DNA of 64,000 nt from Octopus sinensis. Lineage: Eukaryota. Position numbers and translations under genes: made by a program. Location of the stretch: assembly GCF_006345805.1 (NCBI RefSeq), contig NC_043010.1:47120001-47184000 (forward strand). The letters run 5' to 3'. This document shows positions 28,901 to 38,854 of this stretch, in pieces; the first letter of the stretch is position 1, and each line of letters starts with the position of its first letter. The notes beneath the pieces were generated by a model. That model saw only the letters and a list, made by a program, of their open reading frames with translations, was not told the DNA's origin and did not search any database.

Positions 28901-31900
28901 ACCCACTACACTCACGGAGTGGTTGCGTTAGGAAGGGCATCCAGCCGTAGAAACACTGCCAGATTTGACTGGGCCTGATGAAGCCTTCTGGCTTCACAGA
29001 CCCCAGTAGAACCGTCCAACCCATGCTAGCATGGAAAACAGACGCTAAATGATGATGATGATGATGATGATTTTTTAAATAATTCCCATTTTACTCTAAG
29101 TGGTTGAAAAAAATAGGGAATGTGTATCATATGATGCAATGGATACCTGGGAAATATGTCCTCTGTATCACATGTGATACTCAGGACAGGAAAAGGCTTA
29201 AAAATAAAATTTTTAAATAGGACCTGTATCAATACATTCCACTAAAGCATAAAAAAAAGACAAATCTCTGCACTTGGCTAACCAAGTAGAAAAGAAACAC
29301 ACCCTAAATTTGTGAAAATGAATAAGGACATCCGTATATGACAGAGGATTGAGATATGTGGCACATTGCTGTATGAGAAAGCACACCCACCACAACAGAA
29401 TTGAGATTCTAAAACCAAGGTGCCACATAAAAAGCACCCAGTACACTATGGAGTGGCTGACATTAGAAAGGGCATCAATACCCTCTAGTAGCTCACACAA
29501 AAAAAGCTAAGTAATAACTTTAGAACACCAACAGAATATAACATTGCAAACTAAATTGCCCTTCAATTTCAATTCAAACAGTAAAGGCTCAAGCTTTTTG
29601 AGCAATTAATTCTTAACAGAATCTTATCCATTAAGGAACAACACTAAATTAAAGAACAAAGCTGGATACATTGTGGAAAGTCAGCTACTTAAGATATATA
29701 GAAAAGGGGTTTGAACAACAAATTACAGGAACAGTTTTTGTTGAATGAACTAACAGTTACTGTACAATTACCAAAAAAGTTACACAACTGACATTTACAA
29801 ATATGGCTCATCAAGTGTTATAAGAAACAGATGCTGAACAGCAAAAAGAGCACAATAGAAAACTACAAAATAGTCTACTCTACTTGAAGATAGCATGGTA
29901 AGCATTTTTGTTTGCCATTTGCAGAAATGACTATGTTGCTTCAACCAATCTAAGGCCCTTGCTGTAAAGACAATGAAAATTCCTACGTTTCATTTAAGAA
30001 ACAAAGAAGCAACTAGTTGTCTCAGGTCCAATGACAATGATCTTTACCAACCGGCTGACAGTGCTTCATCTAATAACTGGAGACATGTTGCCAGCAATGC
30101 TGGTAAATAAAAAAGCAGAGGTTTGATGAAAATATTTCATAACACACAATGTCGTAAATATTTTTTAAAGAATCTACCTGTATACAATCTTATAGGCAAA
30201 AACTGGTAAAAATCAAATACCGAAGTCGGTCTCAGTAGAAAGTCTACATGAAATGAGTGAGAATGACTTAACTGCACTGGATTTGGGCTAACCATAGTTA
30301 CCAAGATGAGATAGGGGCAGTCTAAATTACGCTGATTTGCCATTTATTGGATTCCTCTTATTTAAAGGATTTGAAAAATAACACAGTGAAACAAGATAGT
30401 GTAAAAAAGTGAAATGAAATAAACTGAACATCGACCAATCTGGGACTTGAAAGATGACAAACAACCACGGACAAGCAGGTGCTTTCAAGCTGAAAAATTA
30501 TCTGCACTGTTTTTGATGGACTCAGGTTGTTGAAGTTATGCATTGGATCTTTGGCGAGGATGAGCATAAAAAAAAGACATTTTCTGATTCTCGTTGAAAA
30601 TGCTGAGAATCATCCAGATAATTTAGTTATAGATTGCTCCGGGACCACTCGTTTTTGTCGAACATGTAGGCAGCTTATTCGAGCTTCAACGATTTTAAGC
30701 TACGTATATTTGGTGTTTAACAAAACGTTGATCAAAGTGTCATAAAAATGAAATACATCGCATGCAAAATAGAGGATTACAACACACATATATTATCAAT
30801 TATTACATTACATTCAATTCGCCATCCCTTATTCGTTTCTTTATCCATTATATTTCCCTTCACGTTTCATGTATACTGAAGACCCTTTTTGTCATTGCTT
30901 CAATTTACGTAAACAGTGTTGGGGAAAACAAAGAGTTGTCAGACTTATTTACAAAAAGTGCGTGAATGGAAGCGGCTGCTAATTATTGCCTTCAACTTTA
31001 TGTTGCTAATTATATCCTACAGGATACTTTTCAATTTTTGAAACAGAATAACCACAGCTATTTACTTGTAACTTTTTTTTATAAACAAATTTCATGCAAA
31101 TCATCAGCTTAGCTCTTTAAAATATCAAACAAGAAATGTTTTTGTTAAAGTTATTTTAGTATTTTACCTGTGGGAGGGAGGGAGAGAGAGGTAAGTAACT
31201 TGACCGTTACTATTCGTTGAGGGAAATTTAGTTACTATTTGTAACCGGTCGACCTGGGCTATTTTTTGTGGGCGTAAAACGAAAGTGTAAAAAGCCGAAG
31301 AAAAGAGGTAATTTACCAGAAAGGTAAAGGTAGAAAAGAATACCGTATATGTGAAAAGCGAAAATGTTAGGTATCGATATGAAAAAGCGAATAAGTTAAA
31401 TGAGATGTGGTATCAGATTAAAGATTATGCATTGAAACAAGTTGTGGTCATTTGAAACTAGTTCAAAACTACACTACACACACGACGGAGATAAAGTATA
31501 TGTACACCACTCGTTTTCGGCGCAACAAAAATCCTAACCTTAACTTTAAACACCGGGTGTTCGTATTCTTTACTTGTTCTATTTCTTTTGCGATACTTTT
31601 CTAAATCATTCATAAGCGTACTTATGTACTCGGGCCTTGAATTTTGTTAAAACGTTTAATGTCTACCAATATAGTAAACCAAGAGAATGTAGTCGTTTGA
31701 TTTAACCACAAATTAATACTGATTATTATATGAACTAATAAGGGAATATCTAAGCAGTCGTTCGACTTACTATAAATAACAGCCATATTTCCTTCCAAAT
31801 CACACATCACAATCTTACAAAATAAAAAAAAACGAAAAAATTACACAATATAGTTAGAGGTTGATATAATTTTCACTTATTTTTAACATTAAAGTTAAAC

Positions 31901-32725
31901 TAGATCAGTGGTTTTCAACCCTGAGGGTCCATATATCTTTTCGGGGGTGTGAGGGGGGGATTCAACATAAAATAGGGATACCCAAAATAGTAAACTGGGG
32001 ACCCACACAAGTTTTTTTAAGGGCTCCTGAAATAAATTTTACTTTAGATATAAGTAATGGTAGGTTTCTTTCTCTAACATTTTACATAGTTCAACCTATG
32101 TGTAAAACAAAATAGATATTTGAAAGGAGTTTCTATAAACGTCTAAAGACTTTGAGGGTCCACCAAAATAAAATAGTAATCAAAGGGATCCATAAGTAAA
32201 AAAAAAAAAAATATTCGAGCCCTCGAACTATATATAAATACATATATAAAATAGTGTAGCTCCAAGTCAATAGACTGCGCGACTTAACGGTTTGAAAACA
32301 AAAATTCGTTAACACTGAACTCCAGAGGTATATTCTAATTAAATCAGCTCAAAATATTCATTATATAGTCAATGAGAGAAGTGTGACCAAATATATAAAT
32401 GACAAAAATAAAGCAATCTGAGAAAGAGTTAGAATACTATCTAGTATATAAATATATATAAAAACACATTTTATCTAGTATACAAACACACATATTTGAA
32501 GCGCGTGAATATTGTGTTGAGCGAAAAGGAAAAAAACATCAGTAATTTTGGTGAGGTTTCTCTTACATTTGACAAGAAAACAGAGACACACACAAATTTT
32601 TAGCAGTTCGATGCTTATATCATTTCTATATCAAAATAAAAGAGAGAAATTTGACGAACTTACGCGGGCATATTTTCGTTTTTATTCGCAATTTTAAATT
32701 TCGTGCCAGTTGACGTCGCCGCCAT
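97..32725 (-). CDS. PRC1: PRC1 / Ase1 / MAP65-family microtubule-bundling protein; 12 exons in window, 3' end beyond left edge
   Basis: Exons 32725-32664, 23644-23389, 22269-22036, 20912-20742, 18707-18558, 16372-16222, 14856-14720, 13388-13293, 8057-7911, 6781-6653, 3740-3660 and 171-97 all have GT-AG ends and compatible phases, giving an open frame of about 563 codons. It contains the family signature [24 protein letters not shown], an N-terminal [15 protein letters not shown] helix and a basic TP-rich tail. Confidence 0.92.
265..630 (+). mobile_element. RTE-clade LINE 3' end fused to SINE-C-type tail
   Basis: [28 protein letters not shown] resembles the RTE C-terminus; followed by AGGAAAGGCATCCAGCC...CCAACCCATGCCAGCATG and (GAT)n. 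Confidence 0.55.
1549..1768. mobile_element. piggyBac-type MITE (family 1)
   Basis: TTAA flanks at 1545-48 and 1769-72; CCCTTT...AAAGGG termini. A related copy lies near 19360-19535. Confidence 0.75.
2968..3200 (+). mobile_element. tRNA-headed SINE family D (CORE/Meta/V-like central domain, unresolved)
   Basis: GGCATGTGGCTTAGTGGTTAG...GGTTTCGATTCC, then TCTTGAGCAAAACACTT...CTCCAGTCCACTCAGCTG. Related copies at 34876-35045(+), 37975-38242(-) and 38405-38670(+). Confidence 0.75.
3660..3740 (-). CDS. PRC1: PRC1 exon 11 candidate ([27 protein letters not shown])
   Basis: Acceptor AAATTTCAG; the phase-0 donor GTTTGT at 3659 was chosen because the next exon starts in phase 0. Basic, TP-containing sequence. 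Confidence 0.6.
3926..5628 (+). mobile_element. Degenerate MULE (Mutator-like) DNA transposon in PRC1 intron 10
   Basis: Transposase fragments [28 protein letters not shown] and [12 protein letters not shown] in several frames; imperfect ~42-bp inverted ends at 3926-3967 and 5587-5628. Confidence 0.85.
5660..6292 (+). mobile_element. Mariner transposase remnant
   Basis: Peptide [14 protein letters not shown] (WVP-like) with stops; same family as 48965-49560; contains a 40-bp tandem duplication at 5804-5883. Confidence 0.75.
6653..6781 (-). CDS. PRC1: PRC1 exon 10 ([25 protein letters not shown]...KTRR)
   Basis: Acceptor TCTGCAG, donor GTAAGT; 129 nt. TPKK is a CDK consensus site and a basic NLS-like stretch follows, as in the PRC1 tail. 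Confidence 0.88.
7495..7880 (+). mobile_element. CR1/L2-clade LINE 3' end with (TAT)n tail
   Basis: [32 protein letters not shown]-type C-terminus followed by an ATT microsatellite tail. Confidence 0.85.
7911..8057 (-). CDS. PRC1: PRC1 exon 9 ([16 protein letters not shown]...EKEQR)
   Basis: Acceptor TTTTGCAG, donor GTAAGT; 147 nt. Confidence 0.92.
10229..10623 (-). mobile_element. tRNA-headed SINE family A, full-length copy
   Basis: Near-identical to 59771-60165. Confidence 0.88.
13182..13260. mobile_element. 79-bp mariner-derived MITE (MADE1-like), TA target duplication
   Basis: TIR TTAGGTTGGTGCATAATTA / TAATTATGCACCAACCTAA; flanked by TA at 13180-81 and 13261-62. Confidence 0.9.
13293..13388 (-). 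CDS. PRC1: PRC1 exon 8 ([32 protein letters not shown]), spectrin-fold microtubule-binding signature
   Basis: Acceptor TTTCCAG, donor GTTAGC; 96 nt; the most conserved MAP65/Ase1 motif. Confidence 0.95.
14720..14856 (-). CDS. PRC1: PRC1 exon 7 ([21 protein letters not shown]...YTVLE)
   Basis: Acceptor ATACAAG, donor GTGAGG; 137 nt, phase 1 to 0. Confidence 0.9.
14920..15132. mobile_element. piggyBac-type MITE (family 2, abundant)
   Basis: TTAA|CCCTTTAGCATTCAGATTA...AAAGGA|TTAA. Related copies lie near 9515-9730, 15845-16050, 21820-21950, 23870-24150, 42430-42525 and 61670-61882. Confidence 0.75.
15300..15530 (+). mobile_element. tRNA-headed SINE family B, full-length copy
   Basis: GGTGGCGAGCTGGC...GAGTTCAAATTCC B-box...AGTAAAGAAATA. 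More than 12 decayed copies, e.g. 14230, 18960, 23020, 39790, 56095 and 62140 (+); 7130, 8970, 9200, 43870 and 47560 (-). Confidence 0.85.
16222..16372 (-). CDS. PRC1: PRC1 exon 6 ([12 protein letters not shown]...SAFKTE-G)
   Basis: Acceptor TTTTGCAG, donor GTATTT; 151 nt, phase 0 to 1; E..RL..LK motif. Confidence 0.92.
18558..18707 (-). CDS. PRC1: PRC1 exon 5 ([27 protein letters not shown]...ENLKT)
   Basis: Acceptor TTTCAG, donor GTAAGT; 150 nt; LW.RL motif. Confidence 0.92.
20742..20912 (-). CDS. PRC1: PRC1 exon 4 ([15 protein letters not shown]...NNLQIE)
   Basis: Acceptor TTTCTAG, donor GTAGGT; 171 nt open frame, not present in the ORF track. Confidence 0.88.
22036..22269 (-). CDS. PRC1: PRC1 exon 3 ([15 protein letters not shown]...ELTIEQ)
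   Basis: Acceptor TTTTTTTCCAG, donor GTTTGT; 234 nt, phase 0 to 0. Confidence 0.9.
23389..23644 (-). CDS. PRC1: PRC1 exon 2 ([26 protein letters not shown]...VPVYE)
   Basis: Acceptor TTTTTCAG, donor GTAAAG; 256 nt, phase 2 to 0. Confidence 0.92.
25035..25356 (+). mobile_element. SINE family C (RTE-type (GAT)n tail) with internal tandem stem-loop array
   Basis: Repeated GTGCCGGTGGCACGTAAAAAGCACC units, then GGCGTTAGGAAGGGCATCC...CCAACCCATGCTAGCATGG and (GAT)n. Other copies at 17255-17665(+), 28660-29070(+), 890-1070(-), 24205-24520(-), 43330-43520(-) and 44408-44790(-). Confidence 0.85.
31906..32225. mobile_element. hAT (Charlie-like) MITE in PRC1 intron 1
   Basis: Left end CAGTGGTTTTCAACC; 8-bp TSD AACTAGAT / AACTATAT (7/8 match); degenerate right end. 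Confidence 0.65.
32664..32725 (-). CDS. PRC1: PRC1 exon 1 ([21 protein letters not shown]; alternative in-frame ATG at 32671)
   Basis: ATG at 32725 in a CpG-rich region; donor GC|GTAAGT at 32663. The phase-2 end joins exon 2 (T GAT) in frame. Confidence 0.8.
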
Positions 32726-32750
32726 CCATTCAACTAATAAGTAATATAAT

Positions 32751-32958
32751 CACGTGACGTACAACAAGCTTTACAATTGGTCAGTTTGAATTTGAGGAGC
32801 TGGAAGTAAATAGTGTGAAAGGGGAGTTAAGCTAGAGCCGGCTTTTAGCTTTATTATGGGTCAAAAAAAACATTAATTGTTATGTAAAGGAGGCAACGTA
32901 ATAACGTTGTCTCTTTCTCTCTCTCTTTTTCGAATTTGCCGCTTCGTCATCCAATTGG
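32751..32958 (-). promoter_or_regulatory. PRC1 proximal promoter: E-box/CRE half-site, CCAAT boxes, CHR-like TTTGAA
   Basis: CACGTG 32751-32756 overlaps TGACGT 32755-32760; ATTGG 32776-32780; TTTGAA 32785-32790; CCAATTGG 32951-32958. The region is not CpG-depleted. Confidence 0.6.
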
Positions 32959-33941
32959 TTGGATCTTTGCACATTATCTATTCTTAACAGATGACACAAT
33001 AATATATTAACTTGTTGCAGCTAACTTATCTGAGTCATCAGACGGGTAAATAAAAAGGTAATAAAGAAAAAAACAGATTAGAAATGTAAAAAGATGAAAA
33101 AGGACACAGTCTTTGCAACATTTCAGAATAGACGGAAGAACTATAATAGATGCTTTACATTATTTTTCATAGTATTTATTTTACCTATTAAATAAAAACT
33201 TGTATGATGCTGTTTTCGTACTTACTAACAATGCATGTAAGATTTTTCTTTCTTAATTTGAGTAACGAAGTATTATAATTTCTTTTCAAACTATAATCTA
33301 TTACTGACTGACATCATTTTTCGACGGGAAATAAGACGTAGTAATGTTCGTGCCTTTGCCAAATGCATTGTAACTAATAATAATAATAATTAAGGTGGCG
33401 AACATACAGAATCGTTAGAGCGGCAGGTAAAATGCTCAGTGGCATTCTTTACAAGCTTTTTTTTTTTTTTTTACATTCTGTGTTCAAATTTTGCCGAGGT
33501 CAGTCAGTCTTTCAATCTCGATTGATACTTTCTTTTATCGACTTCGAAAGGATGAAAGGCAAAGTCGACCTCGGTGGAATTTGAACTCAGAACATTAAGA
33601 CGTTTCTGGCGTGCTAACGATTCCGCCAGCTCGTCACCTAATTCGAACTAATGTTAATGATAATTTCTTGTAGTCAGATGTTCAAGCTATGTGAAAAGGC
33701 TATAGTTTTGACAGATGCAAATCTCAGTGATACTTTATCGTTATATGTAAACATAATCAGGAACATTTATATAACTTTCCTCCCGCCCGTGATATTCTTA
33801 ACGAGTAATGTGTATTAACTGTTTTAGAATACTCGTTTTCGATGTAATAATATTGGCCTAACCGACTTTTGTTGTGATTGCGATTGCGATGTCAACTTTT
33901 AAAATTAGACTCGGTATATTAACAGGAAAGATGGGATTTTG

Positions 33942-34177
33942 GGTACTACTTGAGAACAGTGGTCCCGGTGCGCGCACTCACGTAGTCGTGCATCCGCGCT
34001 AGCTAGTCATGACTAGTCGATCCTTACTTTGTGTTTTTGTGTGTTATTTACTTTGTTTAAAAAATTATTTACTTTGTGTTTTTGTGTTTTATTTACTTTG
34101 CTAGGTTGTTGTTGTAGGACCGACTAGTCACGACTACGCGAGTGCGCGCACCGGGACCACTGTTTTCAAGTAGTACC
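33942..34177. mobile_element. 236-bp non-autonomous MULE-type MITE with 9-bp TSD
   Basis: ~49-bp near-perfect TIRs starting GGTACTACTTGA; exact TSD GGGATTTTG at 33933-41 and 34178-86. Confidence 0.92.
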
Positions 34178-34458
34178 GGGATTTTGTTTATACACCAAGT
34201 CAGATTTATATATATAATGTTTGTAAAAAACACAAATCCGAAAGAAGAAGAAGAAGATGTAGAGCGGTATATATTAAAAATGGGGAAAGCCAGTTTACTG
34301 GGTTCCCTTAGGCTTCCCGTCCATAAAGGGTTTTGCTTTATGGCGTATTCTTAGATCCCAAAAACTTGTTGGCCCATGGGATCTGACCATACGCCATAAA
34401 GCTAAACCCTTTATTGACGGGAAACCTAAGGTAATCCCATAAACCAGCCTTCCCCATT

Positions 34459-34504
<46 letters not shown>

Positions 34505-35039
34505 CAACCTAGCAAGGTGCTTTAATTCAACAGAATCTTGAATATAAAGATATATATATATACACACACACTCATCCAGGACAGTCCCTAGGGCTGGTGG
34601 CGCCCCAGGCAAGCTGTACTTCAGTGTGTACAAGCTGACCGTTGTGGAAATCTTGTCTTTGTCTCACCCTCCTTGACGTCCCTTACAAGCTGCCGATACC
34701 TTGAGCCGGCCCTGCACACATCAACAATTGTTCCCAATCAGTAGGTCTGATGAGTTGCCTATATTGCTCAGAGTAAAAACAGAAGTGAAACCAATGGTAA
34801 CTTTCTGACCAGACATAATCTGCGACTACATAATTTCTCACTTTCTGTCTGTCTGTCTGTCTCTAAATATACATATGTGGAGGCGCTTGGCCTAGCGGTT
34901 AGGGCAGCGGACTCGCGGTTGTAGGATCGCGATTTCGATTCCCAGACCGGGCGTTGTGAGTGTTTATTGAGCAAAAACACCTAAAGCTTCACAAGGCTCC
35001 AGCGCGGGGTGGTGGCGATCCTTGCTGTACTCTTTCGCC

Positions 35040-35350
35040 ACAACTAATATGTGGGATACAAATGAGAATGACACCAACTGCTCTGCCTGCAACACCAAGG
35101 GCGAGCTGATGGGCAAGATCAAGGAAGTGTTTGAAGATCTTCCTAGAGACACAGTGGAGATTGTATGTACCAGGTTCCAGAATCACTTGAAGCCATGGAG
35201 GAAGCTAAGGGCAGATGCTTTGAGTAAACTATTATTTTGTTGCCATAATTTAGTTAATATTCTTTGCTCTTTTAAAATACTTTATTTTCGGGGGAAATAT
35301 TGTTTTCTTTATCGTTTATGAAAACTGTCAAATTTAGCCTGAACGCCCCG
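35040..35350 (+). mobile_element. 3' fragment of a Tc1/mariner-superfamily (maT-like) transposase
   Basis: WDTNENDTNCSACNTKGELMGKIKEVFEDLPRDTVEIVCTRFQNHL resembles the C-terminal helices after the third catalytic residue. Confidence 0.55.
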
Positions 35351-36829
35351 CATATATATGATGGATTCTCTTGTTGTGTATGGTATCCTCTTCCCCTACT
35401 GCAACTGCTGCCATCATCATTCAACATTTACTTTTTCATGTTTGCATGAGTCAGATGGAATTTGAGCCAGATCTTCAACGGCCAGATGCCCTTCTTGTCA
35501 CCAACCCTCATCTACTTCCAAGCAAGGTAATATTTCTCCATGGCATAAGGCAGCAAGCTGACAGAATTGTTAGCATGCTAGGAAAAATGCTTAGTGGCAT
35601 TTTGTCCATCTTTATTACTGGCCTTGTGCCAAAATTTGAAACCAATCAGTGGTGGCTCATACATAGGCACTGCAGAACTGCAGCACCCCCTATTTCTACT
35701 CGATATTATCGATAACATTCAATATAATGAGTCCTTTTTCTTTAATTCTTTCTTTATACTTGTACATTATATTATCCTTAAGCTTAATGTCAGTAGCCAT
35801 CCTCTAGTTTATGAAAAAGATACAAAAATCCTTGTACAGAATTGTGCAATGACATGGTGTTTGGCTGTTGTGCGCATACTCACATGTCCAAGATAGGAAG
35901 CTTCATGCTAGGGAGAGACAGTACTGTTCATGCAGTGCTGGTGAAAAGTAGTGTTTCTTTTGACTCCATGTGTGTTGTGTTTAAAAACGTGTTTATATTC
36001 TTGAATGTGATAAAGTGTAGAAACAAGGGGGAATTCATGGTGATGTTCAGTGAACAAATTAAACACACTACCCGGCAGTGGCTAAAACATGAACCGATCA
36101 AGTTTATGTATAAATATTCTTTTTATATGTTTGTTTCCTTTTACACAATATTAAAACAACAGCTAAAAATTTTCTGAAGTAGCCCCCCCCCCCACTAATT
36201 TTATCTATGAGCCACCACTGAAACCAATATTTTTCAATGGGCAGGCATGCTCACACAAAATATTGGAAATGAATATATGACATTGACACTCATTTACAAC
36301 TATCATGCATTGTCAAGACAAGAAGACACATACACACACGTGCGCACGCATGCACACACATACACGGCAAACTTCTTTCAGTATTTGTCTATCAAATTCA
36401 CTCACAAGGCTTTAGTCAACCTGGAGCTATAGAAGATGCTTGTCTAAGGTGCCACACAGTGGGACTGAACCCAGAACCATATAGTTGGAAAGCAAGCTTC
36501 TTACTACAGAGCCATGCTTGTGTGTGTGTGTGTGTGTGAATCTGTTTTTACGGATCATAATTTCAGTTGGGAAATATTTCCTTTTTAGATATTTTTCATT
36601 ATTTCCCTTGTCATTTGGAAAATAAGAGGATGTATGAATTCTCAAAGCTGTCTACTTTGAGGATGTAAAACAAAATAATCACAGCAATAAATAAGAATCT
36701 ATCAGGAAGTTTAAAATGTGGACATTTGAGTTAATGTAGACATATCAATTGATTTAGAGAGTAGGATGTTAAATAGATGATACTAGAGATAGGATATTAA
36801 TTAGATAAATGTTAGGGTTAAGAGTGTCT

Positions 36830-37632
36830 CAGATTAAAGCCTTCATCTCCTTCAACACCATCAAGACTAAATTGCTTCCTCAAAAAGTCTTCTTGTGAAC
36901 GTGACCTGGGCATTATTGTCAACAGCGATTTGCGTTGGACAAAACACATTGCTAAAATTGCCAAGAAGGCTGAGGGTGTCTTGGCATCACTTACCAAGTC
37001 CTTTGTGAGCCACTCTCTGGCTATCTATCTGAGGTTTTATATAGTTATGGTGCGGCATCACCGGTCTGGAACCCCTATCTTGCCCAGGATATTAATCACT
37101 TGGAAACTGTTCAGCGACGTGCAACCAAGAGAATACCCTCCATCAGGCATTTGCCATATTCTGAATGCTTTACTTCCCTGGGCATGGATACATTGAAACT
37201 CTGACGTCTGGCAGCTGACTTGGCAGACACCCATAAAATTATTAACCATCTTACTAACAATAACTTTAAACACCTTTTCAAACTCCACCTGTCTAACACC
37301 CATGGACATGTTTACAAAGTCAGAAAACAGCACAGTTCCCATGACTTTCGGAAACATTTTTTCATGCTAAGAGTTGCTGAAGTATGGAACAAACTGCTAG
37401 CATCAGTTGTTAGTTGTTGGAGTACTGCATCCTTCAAAACTTCAATGCTTCCTGAGATTCGCCAACACTACACCTGAATTTCTCCCCTCCATGCACACGC
37501 AAGCATGTATCTGACTCATACACTGTTCACTTCCAAGACATTTGTACATTACTGCATATGCTTTATATGCACTTTTGACAAGTTGTGGTGCACCTGAGCA
37601 ATGTATACAATAATTTCATTATTATTATTATT
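36830..37632 (+). mobile_element. CR1/L2-clade LINE 3' portion
   Basis: DLGIIVNSDLRWTKHIAKIAKKAEGVL RT C-terminus and the same 3' end as 7495-7880. Confidence 0.88.
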
Positions 37633-38854
37633 AAAATTTCAAAGAAATAGTTTTCCATTACATTTACCCTTAAATAAACAACAAATGGCAAAAATTCTCA
37701 AAGTTGCTTATAAATAACTTCAAGGAATCTGATAATTTCTTAAGATGTCAAAAATATAACATTACTAAAACTGTATCCTAAAGACTAGGGCTCTCTCTTC
37801 AGGGCCAGAATATATTTCAGTTTTGATTAGTTACTGACCCTACGAACCTTAAGTTTGTAAGGTTTCCATGAATCAGGTTTGATTGTGTATCTGCTTCTGC
37901 ATGTATATAAAAAAACCCAAAAACTGGCACTCTACAATAAACTGGCACTTACAACAATAAATGTTTCAGTTAATTTAACTGCTAGTGAAATTAATGTGTT
38001 AGCGGCTAAGCACTTCACAGAGATGTGTACCCTTCACATAGTTCTCAGGGAGATTCAGCATGATACAGAGTGTGACAAGGCTGGCCTTTTGAAATACAGG
38101 TACTACTCATTCTTGCCAGCTGAGTGGACTGGAGCAATGTGAAATAAAGTGTCTTGCTCAAGGACACAATGTGTCACCAGGAATTGAATTCACAATGTTA
38201 TGATTATGAGTCAAATACCCTAACCACTAAGCCATGCGCCTTCACATGTGTATAATATATGTATAATAAAGCCACCGAAACTCATCTGATACAAATTCTT
38301 TAACTCATCTTCTCAAAATATTTCTCTAAACACTTTGTTCATTCCCATACTTTCATCTTTCTGGAATTTTCCCATTATATTCTCTTTACACACATCAACC
38401 TACAATGTAGGTATGTGGCCTAGTGGTTAGAGTGTTGCACTCATGATTGCAAGACTGTAGTTTCAATTCCTGCACTGGGCGGTGTGTTGTGTTCTTGAGC
38501 AAAACTCTTCATTTGCATTGTTCCAATCCACTCAGCTATAAGAAACTCTGCAGCAGACTGGCATCCCAATCAAGGGGAATATTGTGATCTTGGTCTCTTA
38601 TATGTCATGAAAACTGGATAACTGGCTCCTGTGAGTCCTAAGACTCAAGACAACATTCACTTACTTTATCAACCTAAAAAACGCCAAATTTAACATCAAC
38701 TACATAATCCAAGGTCTGTAAAAGGCCATGGTCACCAATTCTTGCTTTTGTACTGAATATATAGTATATTCAAAATATATTATTAACTTTTTGTTAGAAC
38801 CAATTTTTTTGGTTCATTTTTACTCTCAGTAGTAACTCATCAAGCCACAGCCAC

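Noticed and set aside
28973-29000. CUGAUGA followed by an AGCC/GGCU hairpin in a SINE-C subfamily
   Set aside because: The hairpin is followed by UCAC rather than GAAA, so there is no catalytic core.
34745-34795. CUGAUGAG...GAAAC
   Set aside because: Helix II does not close next to GAAA and there is no helix I or III pairing.
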